64,000 bases of DNA, from positions 1,238-65,237 of the forward strand of contig JAAYDU010000027.1 in the NCBI GenBank assembly GCA_012729095.1, given 5' to 3'. Positions within the stretch are counted from its first letter, which is position 1; each line of letters opens with the position of its first letter. Source of the DNA: Methanobacteriota archaeon. Lineage in GTDB: Archaea; Thermoplasmatota; Thermoplasmata; Methanomassiliicoccales; UBA472. The notes under the pieces are model-generated. The model had not been told where the DNA came from and ran no database searches. It worked only from the letters and a program-made list of their open reading frames with translations. Both the position numbers and the translations under genes were made by a program. This document shows positions 23,322 to 31,684 of this stretch, one piece after another.

Positions 23322-23552
23322 TCAGGCCAGCTCCTTCAACTTGTTTATGATGATTATGGCCCCCTCGTACACCACGTCATCCACCACCAGTATGGGCAGG
23401 TTCTTGTTGAGCAGTTCGTAATAGGCAGCCTCGGCCAGCCCGTCGGCCTCGGAGGTGTTCACGATGCGGGGGCTTACCCCCTCGGGCATGTGGCACTTGA
23501 CATAATCGCACTTCTGGCAGTCAGGCTTGGTGAAGAGGATGATCTCGGTCAT
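23322..23552 (-). CDS. Small glutaredoxin/NrdH-like thioredoxin-fold protein
   Basis: 76 aa. ILFTKPDCQKCDYVK (CxxC after beta-1) and ...LPILVVDD. Confidence 0.6.
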   Translation of the reverse strand: MTEIILFTKPDCQKCDYVKCHMPEGVSPRIVNTSEADGLAEAAYYELLNKNLPILVVDDVVYEGAIIIINKLKELA

Positions 23553-23682
23553 TTAGCTCATCGGATGCAAGAAAGAGCTAGTAATAAAAATTTGCCTGAG
23601 AAACAGAGATACCAGACTATGGATGCTGGACGCCTGTGCGACGAAAGGCATATCAATTAGAACAACTTACGCCCAATTCCAA

Positions 23683-23755
23683 GGGCTCATGGTCTAGCGG
23701 TTATGACGTCTCCCTGACACGGAGGAGGTCTCCGGTTCAAATCCGGATGAGCCCA
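23683..23755 (+). tRNA. tRNA-Val (anticodon GAC)
   Basis: Hand-folded cloverleaf: acceptor GGGCTCA/TGAGCCC; D arm GTC-TAGCGGTTAT-GAC; anticodon stem TCTCC/GGAGG with loop CTGACAC; T arm TCCGG-TTCAAAT-CCGGA; discriminator A. No encoded CCA and no intron. Confidence 0.9.
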
Positions 23756-23850
23756 CTTACGATCACAAGCGATCGAGCTTCTTTCGATCGGACAGGGATT
23801 TTCGTTCGATCGTCCATATTCGGTCTTTCGTTCTCGTCCAGCGGCGTGAG

Positions 23851-23934
23851 GGGATTGTGCTCAACCTCCCACGGATGTCCATCAGGGTCCTGGAAATGGA
23901 TATGATAGCCGCCCCAGAAGGCCTTGAAGGAGCT
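23851..23934 (-). pseudogene. C-terminal remnant of a glyoxalase/VOC-family gene
   Basis: The minus-strand translation is SSFKAFWGGYHIHFQDPDGHPWEVEHNP, the typical last strand and turn of VOC proteins. The frame is closed by a stop immediately upstream (23935-23937). No N-terminal part is found in any frame. Confidence 0.5.
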
Positions 23935-24196
23935 TCAGGCAAGGTTCGGCCCGCGCGCCATGCGCATCGACAGCGGGGGAACCCTATCGTCCATGATGCT
24001 CAAGGAAGGATCGATCGACGAGATCAGCGTCATGCTCGGTCCGTGCATCGTTGGAGGTTCGAACCGCGTCCACTTCATCGATCCCGCCATGTCGGAACTG
24101 CCCAGCGCCATTGCGCTCAGGCTCAGGCAAGTGGAGGGACTGGAGAATAATATGATCTGGCCTAATTATGATGTAGTGAAGAGAAGAACGAGGTGA
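23909..24196 (+). pseudogene. C-terminal remnant of a RibD_C / dihydrofolate-reductase-like reductase gene
   Basis: ...RIDSGGTLSSMMLKEGSIDEISVMLGPCIVGGSNRVHF... matches only the last third or so of RibD C-terminal-domain reductases. The frame opens at 23909, and the track ORF uses a TTG at 23924. Confidence 0.5.
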
Positions 24197-24205
24197 GCGC
24201 CCCGC

Positions 24206-24868
24206 TCAGAGGGACGGCTCGATCACGTACTTGCACATGTTGAAGCCGACGCCGAAGGTGTCCTTCTCCACCACCCGCAGGGGCATCTGCAGCCTCTCCT
24301 CGAATATGGACTCCAGTATCCCCTCGTTCAGCAGGCAGAGCGTCTTTCCCACGTCCGGGGCCTTGGAGCAATCGTACTCGTCCCTGATGATCAGGGTCAC
24401 CGGGTGCAGAGAGAAGACGACCAGCTCGCCCATGTCGTGCATCATGTAGAAGTCCTTGATCTCCTTGATCAGCCCTTCCACGTCGTTCGATTTCATCCGG
24501 GTGGATATCTCCGCGCCCATCTGCCGGCCGATGTCCTTGAGCACGGGGTCCATGTTGAAACCGATGGCTTCCATGCCTATCACGATGGAGCGTATGGTCC
24601 CCTTCAGGAAGGTGCTGGGGTTCCCGATAGACCTGCCTATGGTGCTGCACACCGCCTTCTTCAGGTCCTCCCTGGGAACTACCGAGCTTCCCACCGGGCG
24701 GGATATGACATAGAATATCTTGCGGCGATTGTCATCAGGGTCGTCCCGATATCCGATCAGGCCCTCCTTCACCATCTTGTCAAGATGTACCGATAGAGTG
24801 CTTTGCGCCTTGCCAGTGAGCACGGCGATCTCGGATAGGCTGAGGTCCCTCCTCTGCAGCTCGCTCAA
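24206..24868 (-). CDS. Transcriptional regulator: ArsR/TrmB-like wHTH + V4R (4-vinyl reductase) sensor domain
   Basis: wHTH: LSLSEIAVLTGKAQSTLSVHLDKMVKEGLIGY. C-terminal V4R-like: IRDEYDCSKAPDVGKTLCLLNEGILESIFEE. The HTH helix 1 (ISNPVRQKIL) is encoded upstream of the TTG at 24868. Confidence 0.6.
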   Translation of the reverse strand: MSELQRRDLSLSEIAVLTGKAQSTLSVHLDKMVKEGLIGYRDDPDDNRRKIFYVISRPVGSSVVPREDLKKAVCSTIGRSIGNPSTFLKGTIRSIVIGMEAIGFNMDPVLKDIGRQMGAEISTRMKSNDVEGLIKEIKDFYMMHDMGELVVFSLHPVTLIIRDEYDCSKAPDVGKTLCLLNEGILESIFEERLQMPLRVVEKDTFGVGFNMCKYVIEPSL

Positions 24869-25068
24869 TATCTTCTGTCGGACAGGGTTGGAGATCTGTC
24901 TCAGTCCGGTGGTCGTTGAATAAACGTCGAAGTCCGTGGTCCTGCTGGGCAGAGGTATCGCCGGATTACTGATTATGGCTCGGTCTAATTAAATGTATCG
25001 TAAGGTTACGAACTATCGCCCCCGGCATAACTTAATTAGATTGCCGACCCTCCCGTGAACGAGAGAAG

Positions 25069-26079
25069 ATGAAGATAAGGATCGACGGCAAGGTCAGCGA
25101 CATCAGGGCGGTCTGGTGCGATGAAGGCGTGGTTCGCATGTTGGACCAGAGGATGCTCCCTCACCGGGTCGAGGTGCGGGGTTTCCGAGACCATCACCAG
25201 GTGACCGAGGCTATAAGGGACATGACCGTGCGGGGAGCCCCGGCCATAGGCGTGGCCGCAGCCTACGGGATGATGCTGGCCGCAAACAACGGCGAGGACC
25301 TGGACAAGGCCGCCAAGGAGCTGAAAAGCGCCAGGCCCACCGCCTTCGACCTGTTCTTCGCCGTGGACCGCATGCTTGAGCGCGTTCGGAACGGCGACGG
25401 CCCGACGGAGGCGGCGGAGGAGTACGCCGCGACCATCGTGGAAAGGTGCCGTCTGATCGGCGAGCATGGCGAACGGCTGATCAAGGACGGGGACCGCATA
25501 ATGACGCACTGCAACGCCGGCGCCTTGGCGACCGTGGACTGGGGCACGGCCTTGGCACCGATAAGGGCGGCCTGGCGCAACGGAAAGGATATCTTCGTCT
25601 ACGTGTCCGAGACCCGCCCCAGATTGCAGGGCATGAAGCTCACGGCGTTCGAGCTGCTGAACGAGGGCATACCGCATGCCATCATCCCGGACGGCGCTTC
25701 CGGGCACTTCCTCAGGGAAGGCGTGGACATGATCATAGTGGGAGCGGACCGCATAGCCGCCAACGGGGATTTCGCCAACAAGATCGGCACCTTCGAGAAG
25801 GCGGTGCTGGCCAAGGAGCTTGGTGTTCCTTTCTACACCGCCGCCCCGCTGTCGACGTTCGACCTTGGCATCGAGAGAGGGGAGGACATACCCATAGAGT
25901 ACCGGGGAGAGGAGGAGGTCACCGTGGTGGACGGCGTTCGCATCGCTCCGCAGGGCTGCAAGGCTCTGAACCCCGGCTTCGATGTCACCCCGGCAAGATA
26001 TCTCAAGGGCATAATCACCGAGAGTGGCGTTATTAGGCCGGAGGACGTCGCGCGCAAATTGAAGGGGGCCAGGCTGTGA
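25069..26079 (+). CDS. eIF-2B-related sugar-phosphate isomerase (methylthioribose-1-P / 5-deoxyribose-1-P / ribose-1,5-bisP isomerase family)
   Basis: Carries VRMLDQRMLPHRVEV...IRDMTVRGAPAIGVAAAYGM...THCNAGALATV...ETRPRLQG...GADRIAANGDFANKIGT. Confidence 0.8.
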   Translation: MKIRIDGKVSDIRAVWCDEGVVRMLDQRMLPHRVEVRGFRDHHQVTEAIRDMTVRGAPAIGVAAAYGMMLAANNGEDLDKAAKELKSARPTAFDLFFAVDRMLERVRNGDGPTEAAEEYAATIVERCRLIGEHGERLIKDGDRIMTHCNAGALATVDWGTALAPIRAAWRNGKDIFVYVSETRPRLQGMKLTAFELLNEGIPHAIIPDGASGHFLREGVDMIIVGADRIAANGDFANKIGTFEKAVLAKELGVPFYTAAPLSTFDLGIERGEDIPIEYRGEEEVTVVDGVRIAPQGCKALNPGFDVTPARYLKGIITESGVIRPEDVARKLKGARL

Positions 26080-26687
26080 AGCGGGCGGGCATGGACGTCG
26101 TTCGTTACGGAAGGCTGCTCTACGAGAGGGGGCTCACCAGCGGCACCGGTGGCAATATCAGCGCTCGCGTCGGCGATCTTATGGTCATCACCCCGTCGGG
26201 GTCCTGCAAGGGCATGCTGGACCTGACCGAACTGGTGACGGTCGATATAGCCACCGGCGAGGCCGTCAGCGGCCGGCCGTCCATGGAGACCCCTTTCCAC
26301 CTGACCGTCTACCGCAAGAGGCCGGACGTGATGGGAGTGGTGCACGTGCATGCCCGATTCTGCACCGCGATGGCCTGCGCCGGGCTCCCGGTGGACCCGG
26401 CCCTGACGCCCGAGGGACTGATGGTGTTGGGAAGAAGGGTTCCCCTGATACCCTACGCCACCCCGGGGACGGACGACCTGGCAGTGATGCTGGGAAGGGA
26501 AGTGGAGGGTTCGAACTCCTTCCTGCTGGAGAACCACGGAGCGATCTCCGTGGGGAAAGACCTCAAGGACGCTTTCCATCGCATGGAGACGCTTGAGGCG
26601 CATGCCGAGCTCCAGTACAGGCTGGCACTGCTGGGGAAGGGAAGGTCCCTGCCGGAGGACGAGGTCCGGCGCATACTGAGGGAGTGA
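26076..26687 (+). CDS. Class II aldolase/adducin-family protein (FucA/MtnB-like)
   Basis: Carries SGTGGNISARV, PSMETPFHLTVY, VVHVHA and ENHGAISVG. A GTGA overlap with the isomerase gene; an ATG at 26091 is an alternative start. Confidence 0.75.
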   Translation: MKRAGMDVVRYGRLLYERGLTSGTGGNISARVGDLMVITPSGSCKGMLDLTELVTVDIATGEAVSGRPSMETPFHLTVYRKRPDVMGVVHVHARFCTAMACAGLPVDPALTPEGLMVLGRRVPLIPYATPGTDDLAVMLGREVEGSNSFLLENHGAISVGKDLKDAFHRMETLEAHAELQYRLALLGKGRSLPEDEVRRILRE

Positions 26688-26691
26688 TCCA

Positions 26692-27780
26692 ATGATACTT
26701 GTTACCAAATGGTTCGGGGTGTTCCTGTGCGAGGGCGAGGAGGTCCGCCGGTTCAAGCTGTTCGAGAAGGAGCCGAAACTGGTCGCCCGGAAGCTGGCTG
26801 CCGTCCAGCGCGGGGAGATCCTCCCGGAGGAGAGGGAGCTGGCCGTCAAGCGTATGAAGGTGGCCGACGCCAGATTGAAGCCCCTGGGAAAACCCATGGT
26901 ATTCGATTCGTCCTTCATAAGACCGGAGAACTACGGGCTGACCCCGGACCTGATGCAGAAGGTGATGCTGGAGCTCGGCAAGATCAGGGTCAGGGAACCC
27001 CTGAGCGAGGACCGCTCCATCGCCCAGGCGATACGCGCGACGGACGATCTCATCGAGGAGATAAACCTGCTCAGCGAAAGGCTGCACGAGTGGTACGGGG
27101 TGTACTTCCCGGAGCTCGGGGACTTCGCGGTGGACGCGGAGTACGCCCGCCTGGTCTCCGAGATGGGGGACCGCCAGGTGATAATGGACCATCTGGGGGT
27201 GTCCCTGGAATCGGTCGGAACCGACCTGGTGGAAAGGGACCTGGAGGTCATACGCGGGCTTGGCGGAACGCTGTACGAGCTTTACAGGAGGAAGGAGGCC
27301 TTGGACGCCTTCATCCTGGAGGGAATGGACAGGGTCGCTCCCAACATGTCGGCGCTGCTGAACCCCAACCTGGCCGCCCGGTTGATATCCCTGGCCGGGG
27401 GACTGCAGCGCTTGGCGAAGCTGCCATCGTCCACCGTTCAGCTTCTAGGCGCCGAGAAGGCATTGTTCCTGCACCTGCGATCGGGCAAGCGCCCGCCCAA
27501 GCACGGTGTGATATTCCAGCATCCCTGGGTGAACCGGTCGCCGTACTGGCAGCGGGGAAAGGTGGCGCGCAGCCTGGGAGGGAAGATCAGCATAGCCGCC
27601 AAGGTTGACGCCTACCGCGGGGAGTTCATCGCCGACAAGCTGAAGGAGCAGATGGAGAGGCGCGTCGCCGAAATAAAGGAGAAGTACCCCGACCCGCCGC
27701 GCCGGGAGCAACGCCAGCAAGGTCGACCGCAGCAGAGGAAGGGGAAGGGCCACAGATATTACGAGAACCACCGCCGATGA
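26692..27780 (+). CDS. nop5: C/D box sRNP core protein Nop5 (Nop56/58)
   Basis: Nop domain GAEKALFLHLRSGKRPPKHGVIFQHPWV, with coiled-coil and NOSIC regions and a basic C-terminal tail. Confidence 0.9.
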   Translation: MILVTKWFGVFLCEGEEVRRFKLFEKEPKLVARKLAAVQRGEILPEERELAVKRMKVADARLKPLGKPMVFDSSFIRPENYGLTPDLMQKVMLELGKIRVREPLSEDRSIAQAIRATDDLIEEINLLSERLHEWYGVYFPELGDFAVDAEYARLVSEMGDRQVIMDHLGVSLESVGTDLVERDLEVIRGLGGTLYELYRRKEALDAFILEGMDRVAPNMSALLNPNLAARLISLAGGLQRLAKLPSSTVQLLGAEKALFLHLRSGKRPPKHGVIFQHPWVNRSPYWQRGKVARSLGGKISIAAKVDAYRGEFIADKLKEQMERRVAEIKEKYPDPPRREQRQQGRPQQRKGKGHRYYENHRR

Positions 27781-27822
27781 TAAATTATATAAACGTACCG
27801 TTGGTTCCCTCCAGAGGTAGCT

Positions 27823-28209
27823 ATGTCGTGGACTCAACAGGAAGTCAGGGAGCTCAAGGAAGGCAGATACATGCTCATAGACGGGGAGCCCTGCAAGATC
27901 ATCAATATATCCACCTCCAAGCCTGGGAAGCATGGAGAAGCGAAATCTAACATCGATGCCGTGGGCATCTTTGACAACCGCAAGCGCAGCATCGTGCATC
28001 CGGTGAAACACAAGGTGCAGGTGCCCATGATAGACAAGCGCAAGGCACAGGTGCTTTCCATCACCGGGGATGAGGTGCAGCTAATGGACCTGGAGACCTA
28101 CGAAACTTTCCAGTTGCCCATACCTGAGGAGTACAAGGGCCAGCTCAACTCGGGGGAGGAGATCATGTACATGATCGCCATGGACCGCCGCAAGATCACC
28201 AAGGTGTGA
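27823..28209 (+). CDS. Translation initiation factor 5A
   Basis: 128 aa with the hypusine loop [12 protein letters not shown]. Confidence 0.9.
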   Translation: MSWTQQEVRELKEGRYMLIDGEPCKIINISTSKPGKHGEAKSNIDAVGIFDNRKRSIVHPVKHKVQVPMIDKRKAQVLSITGDEVQLMDLETYETFQLPIPEEYKGQLNSGEEIMYMIAMDRRKITKV

Positions 28210-28224
28210 TCGGTCCCACCGCTC

Positions 28225-29073
28225 ATGGCCCGCAGCGACTCGTTCGCACTGGCCAATTCCACCTTTGAGGAGGCGGAGTTCGTCATCATCGGGGTGCCTT
28301 ACGATGGCACCACCCGCCTCCGCTCCGGCACCCGCAAGGCCCCCAACGCGATACGCAAGGCTTCCCGGATCTTCGACCCTTATCTTTTCGAGCATGATCT
28401 GGACATGTCCTCGGTCATGGTGCATGACGCGGGCGATCTGGACTGCGGCTCGTCCTGCGAGGACATGTTCGAGGCCGTGGAGAGGGAAGCGTCGAAAGTG
28501 GTCAAGGCAGGAAAGTTCCCCATCATAATGGGAGGGGAGCGCAGCATCACCTACCCGTTCGTCAAGGCGTACCGGAAGGTCGGCGTCATATCCATAGACG
28601 CGCACCTAGACTTCCACGTTCAAGGCGACCGCAAGTTCGACCATTCCTGCACCATGCGCAAGGTGGCCGACGTGGTCGGCATAGAGAACGTGGTGCCGTT
28701 CGGCGTCCGTTCCATATCCAGGCAGGAGCTTGACCAGGTGCTCCCTAACTACGTTGACGCCTACCAGATACAGGAGGGAGGGGTCATGGACTCCTGGAAG
28801 AAGGTGCTGAACATGATGAGGAGGGAGAGCGTGCTCCTCAGCCTGGACATGGACGGCATCGACCCTGGTTTCGCCCCGGGGACCTCGCGCCCGGAGCCGT
28901 TCGGCCTCACCGGTTACGAGGTCAAGCGCTGCATCGACATGCTGGGCGGCCGAATGGTCGGTTTCGACGTCTCTGAAGTGCTTCCGTCGCACGACCCAGG
29001 GGCCACGGCCGCTCTGGCGGCTCGCATGATCATGGAAGTGGTGGCCATCGTGCACACCAGAAATGGTGAGTGA
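28225..29073 (+). CDS. speB: Agmatinase (arginase family)
   Basis: Carries GVPYDGTT..RSGTRKAPNAIR, IDAHLDF and SLDMDGIDPGFAPG (Mn ligand motifs). Confidence 0.85.
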   Translation: MARSDSFALANSTFEEAEFVIIGVPYDGTTRLRSGTRKAPNAIRKASRIFDPYLFEHDLDMSSVMVHDAGDLDCGSSCEDMFEAVEREASKVVKAGKFPIIMGGERSITYPFVKAYRKVGVISIDAHLDFHVQGDRKFDHSCTMRKVADVVGIENVVPFGVRSISRQELDQVLPNYVDAYQIQEGGVMDSWKKVLNMMRRESVLLSLDMDGIDPGFAPGTSRPEPFGLTGYEVKRCIDMLGGRMVGFDVSEVLPSHDPGATAALAARMIMEVVAIVHTRNGE

Positions 29074-29639
29074 CGATGGACCTGGGGCCGCTCGTGTCCT
29101 CTTTCATACTTATATCACTGACCGAGCTGGGCGACAAGACGATGATAGCGGTCATCACGCTGTCCTCCAAGCGCTCCAAGCTGGAGGTGTTCGCGGGAGC
29201 CATGCTGGCGCTGATAGCCCTTACGGCCATGGGAGTGGTCGTGGGAGAGATCCTGTTCCAGACCGTGCCGTCATGGGTCGTAGGTTTGGCCGCGGGGATC
29301 GTTTTCATCCTGTTCGGAGCGCTCACCCTCTCGCGCCCGGAGAAGGAGGAGGCGAAGCGGGAAACCTATCGCTGGGGAGGTTTTCTTGCCTCCTTCGGAC
29401 TGGTGGCCCTGATGGAGCTGGGGGACCGCAGCCAGATCTCGGTGGTGACCCTTGCCGCTGAGTCCGGGGAAGCCCTGCTGGTGTTCGCCGGCGCCGTGCT
29501 GGGGTTCCTGTGGCTGACCGCCCTCGGAGCGTATTTTGGCAGGGCCGTGGGGGAGAGGGTGCCGAAGCGATACGTCCGCATAGGCAGCGGCCTGGTGTTC
29601 CTGGTCTTCGGCGCGTTGTTCCTGCTGAGGCTGCTTTGA
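29070..29639 (+). CDS. GDT1/TMEM165 (UPF0016) family cation transporter
   Basis: Two copies of the E-x-G-D-[KR]-[TS] motif (TELGDKT, MELGDRS) in a roughly 6-TM protein. Confidence 0.8.
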   Translation: MTMDLGPLVSSFILISLTELGDKTMIAVITLSSKRSKLEVFAGAMLALIALTAMGVVVGEILFQTVPSWVVGLAAGIVFILFGALTLSRPEKEEAKRETYRWGGFLASFGLVALMELGDRSQISVVTLAAESGEALLVFAGAVLGFLWLTALGAYFGRAVGERVPKRYVRIGSGLVFLVFGALFLLRLL

Positions 29640-29642
29640 GCG

Positions 29643-31001
29643 TTACTCTTCCAGCAGTTCCCTGAGCACCTTCTCGCACTCGTCCCCGCAGCGCTTGGCG
29701 ATGTCCTCGTCCTTACCCTCGGAGAACACCCTGAATATTGGCTCCGTTCCCGAGGGGCGCACCAGGCTCCACCCTCCGTCGAAGAACACCTTTACGCCGT
29801 CGGTGACGTCCGTTCGCTGGTCGGCGAAGTAGGCCTCCACCTGCTCGAGCACCCATTCCTTCTTGTCCTCAGGACAGGCCAGCTTCCTCTTGTCCAGGCA
29901 GTACATGGGAACCTCTTCCAGAAGCTGGGACAGGGGGCCTTTGGTGGCGATTATCTCCAGCATCTTGGCCATGGCCATGGCCGCGTCCCGGCAGTGCTGG
30001 TGCTGCGGGAAGATGAGCCCGCCGTTCTCCTCGCCTCCGAAAACCGCCTGCACCTCCATCATTCGCCTGGCTACGATGGGAGCGCCCACCTTGGTGTAAA
30101 GGACCTGCCCGTTGTGGCTGCGGACCACCTCCTCCAGGCAGGAGGACGTGCTCACTGGCGTCACCACTATGCCGCCCCCGTTCTCCTGCACCATGTGGGA
30201 CGCGACAACGGTCAGTGACCGGTCACCGTACACGTAATTTCCTTGGTCGTCCACGAAGATGGTGCGGTCAGCGTCTCCGTCGTGGGCTATGCCCAGGTCG
30301 GCGCCGGTGGCCTTGACCACTGCCACCAGGTCCCTTAGGTTGTCCGGGGTGGGCTCGCTGGGATGCCCCGGAAATGTCCCCTGCGGGTTGCCGTTGAGGG
30401 TTATGGCGCGAACGCCCAACGAGTCCAAAAGACCGGGGGATGTGACGGCCCCCGCGCCGTTGGCGCAGTCCAGCACCACGTTCAGCTTGGCCTCTTCTAT
30501 CTTGAACCGGTCCACCGCGCGACGTATGGCGTTGGCGTAGGATGACGCCACGCCGTCCAGGCGTGTCATGCGGCCCACGTCCTTCCAGACCGGGGTGGCG
30601 AACTCCCTGTCCCCGTAAATGCGCTCTATGACCTCCTCCTTACGCCGGGGCATTTCCGTGCCGTCATGGTCCACGCACTTGATGCCGTTGAACTCCGGGG
30701 GGTTATGGGAGGCGGTGATCATGACCCCTCCCTTGACCCCCGAGTTCTTGACGTAATACTGAAGGGCCGGGGTGGGCAGCATGCCGAGGTCCACCACGCT
30801 GGACCCGGCGGATGTCATTCCGCCGGACACCAAAGCCCGGAGCATGTCGCCGGAGGTGCGCGTGTCGGTGGCTATGGCCACCCTTCCCTGCATGAAGGTT
30901 CCTATCGCCCTGCCGACATCCAGCGCCAGGTCGGCGCTCATGTCCTGATTTATTATCCCTCGAACTCCGTTGGTACCGAACAGCTTGGTCATCACGTTCA
31001 C
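29643..31001 (-). CDS. Alpha-D-phosphohexomutase (second paralogue)
   Basis: Carries FGTNGVRG, TASHNPPEFNGIK and AHDGDADRT. Confidence 0.85.
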   Translation of the reverse strand: MNVMTKLFGTNGVRGIINQDMSADLALDVGRAIGTFMQGRVAIATDTRTSGDMLRALVSGGMTSAGSSVVDLGMLPTPALQYYVKNSGVKGGVMITASHNPPEFNGIKCVDHDGTEMPRRKEEVIERIYGDREFATPVWKDVGRMTRLDGVASSYANAIRRAVDRFKIEEAKLNVVLDCANGAGAVTSPGLLDSLGVRAITLNGNPQGTFPGHPSEPTPDNLRDLVAVVKATGADLGIAHDGDADRTIFVDDQGNYVYGDRSLTVVASHMVQENGGGIVVTPVSTSSCLEEVVRSHNGQVLYTKVGAPIVARRMMEVQAVFGGEENGGLIFPQHQHCRDAAMAMAKMLEIIATKGPLSQLLEEVPMYCLDKRKLACPEDKKEWVLEQVEAYFADQRTDVTDGVKVFFDGGWSLVRPSGTEPIFRVFSEGKDEDIAKRCGDECEKVLRELLEE

Positions 31002-31684
31002 CTGGGTCGGTCGCGCTGGGACACGATGAGGATGTGAATGATGTCAGCGGAGTCCTTGAAGTTGTCGGCGGAGTTCTCCACGCCGTGCAGAAGGTCGCGC
31101 ATGAGGTATATAGCTCGAGCGTCCAGGTCGGAGAGGAAGAACTCCTTCTTCATGGAGAAGTACATCTCGTCCATGGTGTGCTCGGATTCCTCGATCTCCT
31201 TGCGGGTGCGCAGCACCAGGTCGTTGTTCGACCCCAGGTTGTCCACGCAGACCTTCAGCGCCTTGGCCATGCGCTCAAGCTCCTTGGTCATCAGGTTGAA
31301 CTTCTTCCACAGGTAGACGGGGACGGGGATGCCGAGCTCCAGTACAAGCTGCAGGTTCATCCCGGCCTCCTTGCACCAGTCCGCCGCGTAGTCCATGCGG
31401 CGCACCAGGTGCAGCAGGTCCTCCCGGTTCTTCTCCTCCAGGTCGCCCCGGGAGAGTTCCTCGGAAAGGGACTGCTCTCGGGCGTCGGCGGCCTTCTCGG
31501 CCAGGAAGGAGCGCTTGAGGGCGTCCAAGGACTGCTCCTTCTCCCCGCGGCATAGCATGCCCAGGGCTCGGTTGAACTCGATTATGGTGTCGCCCACGTC
31601 CTGGGCGTGACCTCGCATGTCACGGGATACCACAGACTCCCTGCGCGAATAGAACCATTCCAATAACGATGTCCTCTCACTCAA
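30998..31684 (-). CDS. DUF47 / PhoU-like helical protein
   Basis: 228 aa, all-helical. The strings ...RRMDYAADWCKEA... and ...LLHGVENSADNFKDSADIIHILIV are typical of the YkaA/TIGR00153 PhoU-related family. It overlaps both neighbours (8 nt and 4 nt). Confidence 0.65.
   Translation of the reverse strand: MSERTSLLEWFYSRRESVVSRDMRGHAQDVGDTIIEFNRALGMLCRGEKEQSLDALKRSFLAEKAADAREQSLSEELSRGDLEEKNREDLLHLVRRMDYAADWCKEAGMNLQLVLELGIPVPVYLWKKFNLMTKELERMAKALKVCVDNLGSNNDLVLRTRKEIEESEHTMDEMYFSMKKEFFLSDLDARAIYLMRDLLHGVENSADNFKDSADIIHILIVSQRDRPR

Noticed and set aside
23636-23905. 89-aa ORF spanning the tRNA-Val gene.
   Set aside because: It is explained by the tRNA and by the antisense of the VOC remnant. 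It has no protein-like features.
23556-24205. Possible integrated mobile element or prophage remnant at the tRNA.
   Set aside because: No integrase, transposase or phage-like ORF is present, and no direct repeat of the tRNA 3' end could be found by eye in the following ~2 kb. Only the truncated gene pair is reported, as a finding.
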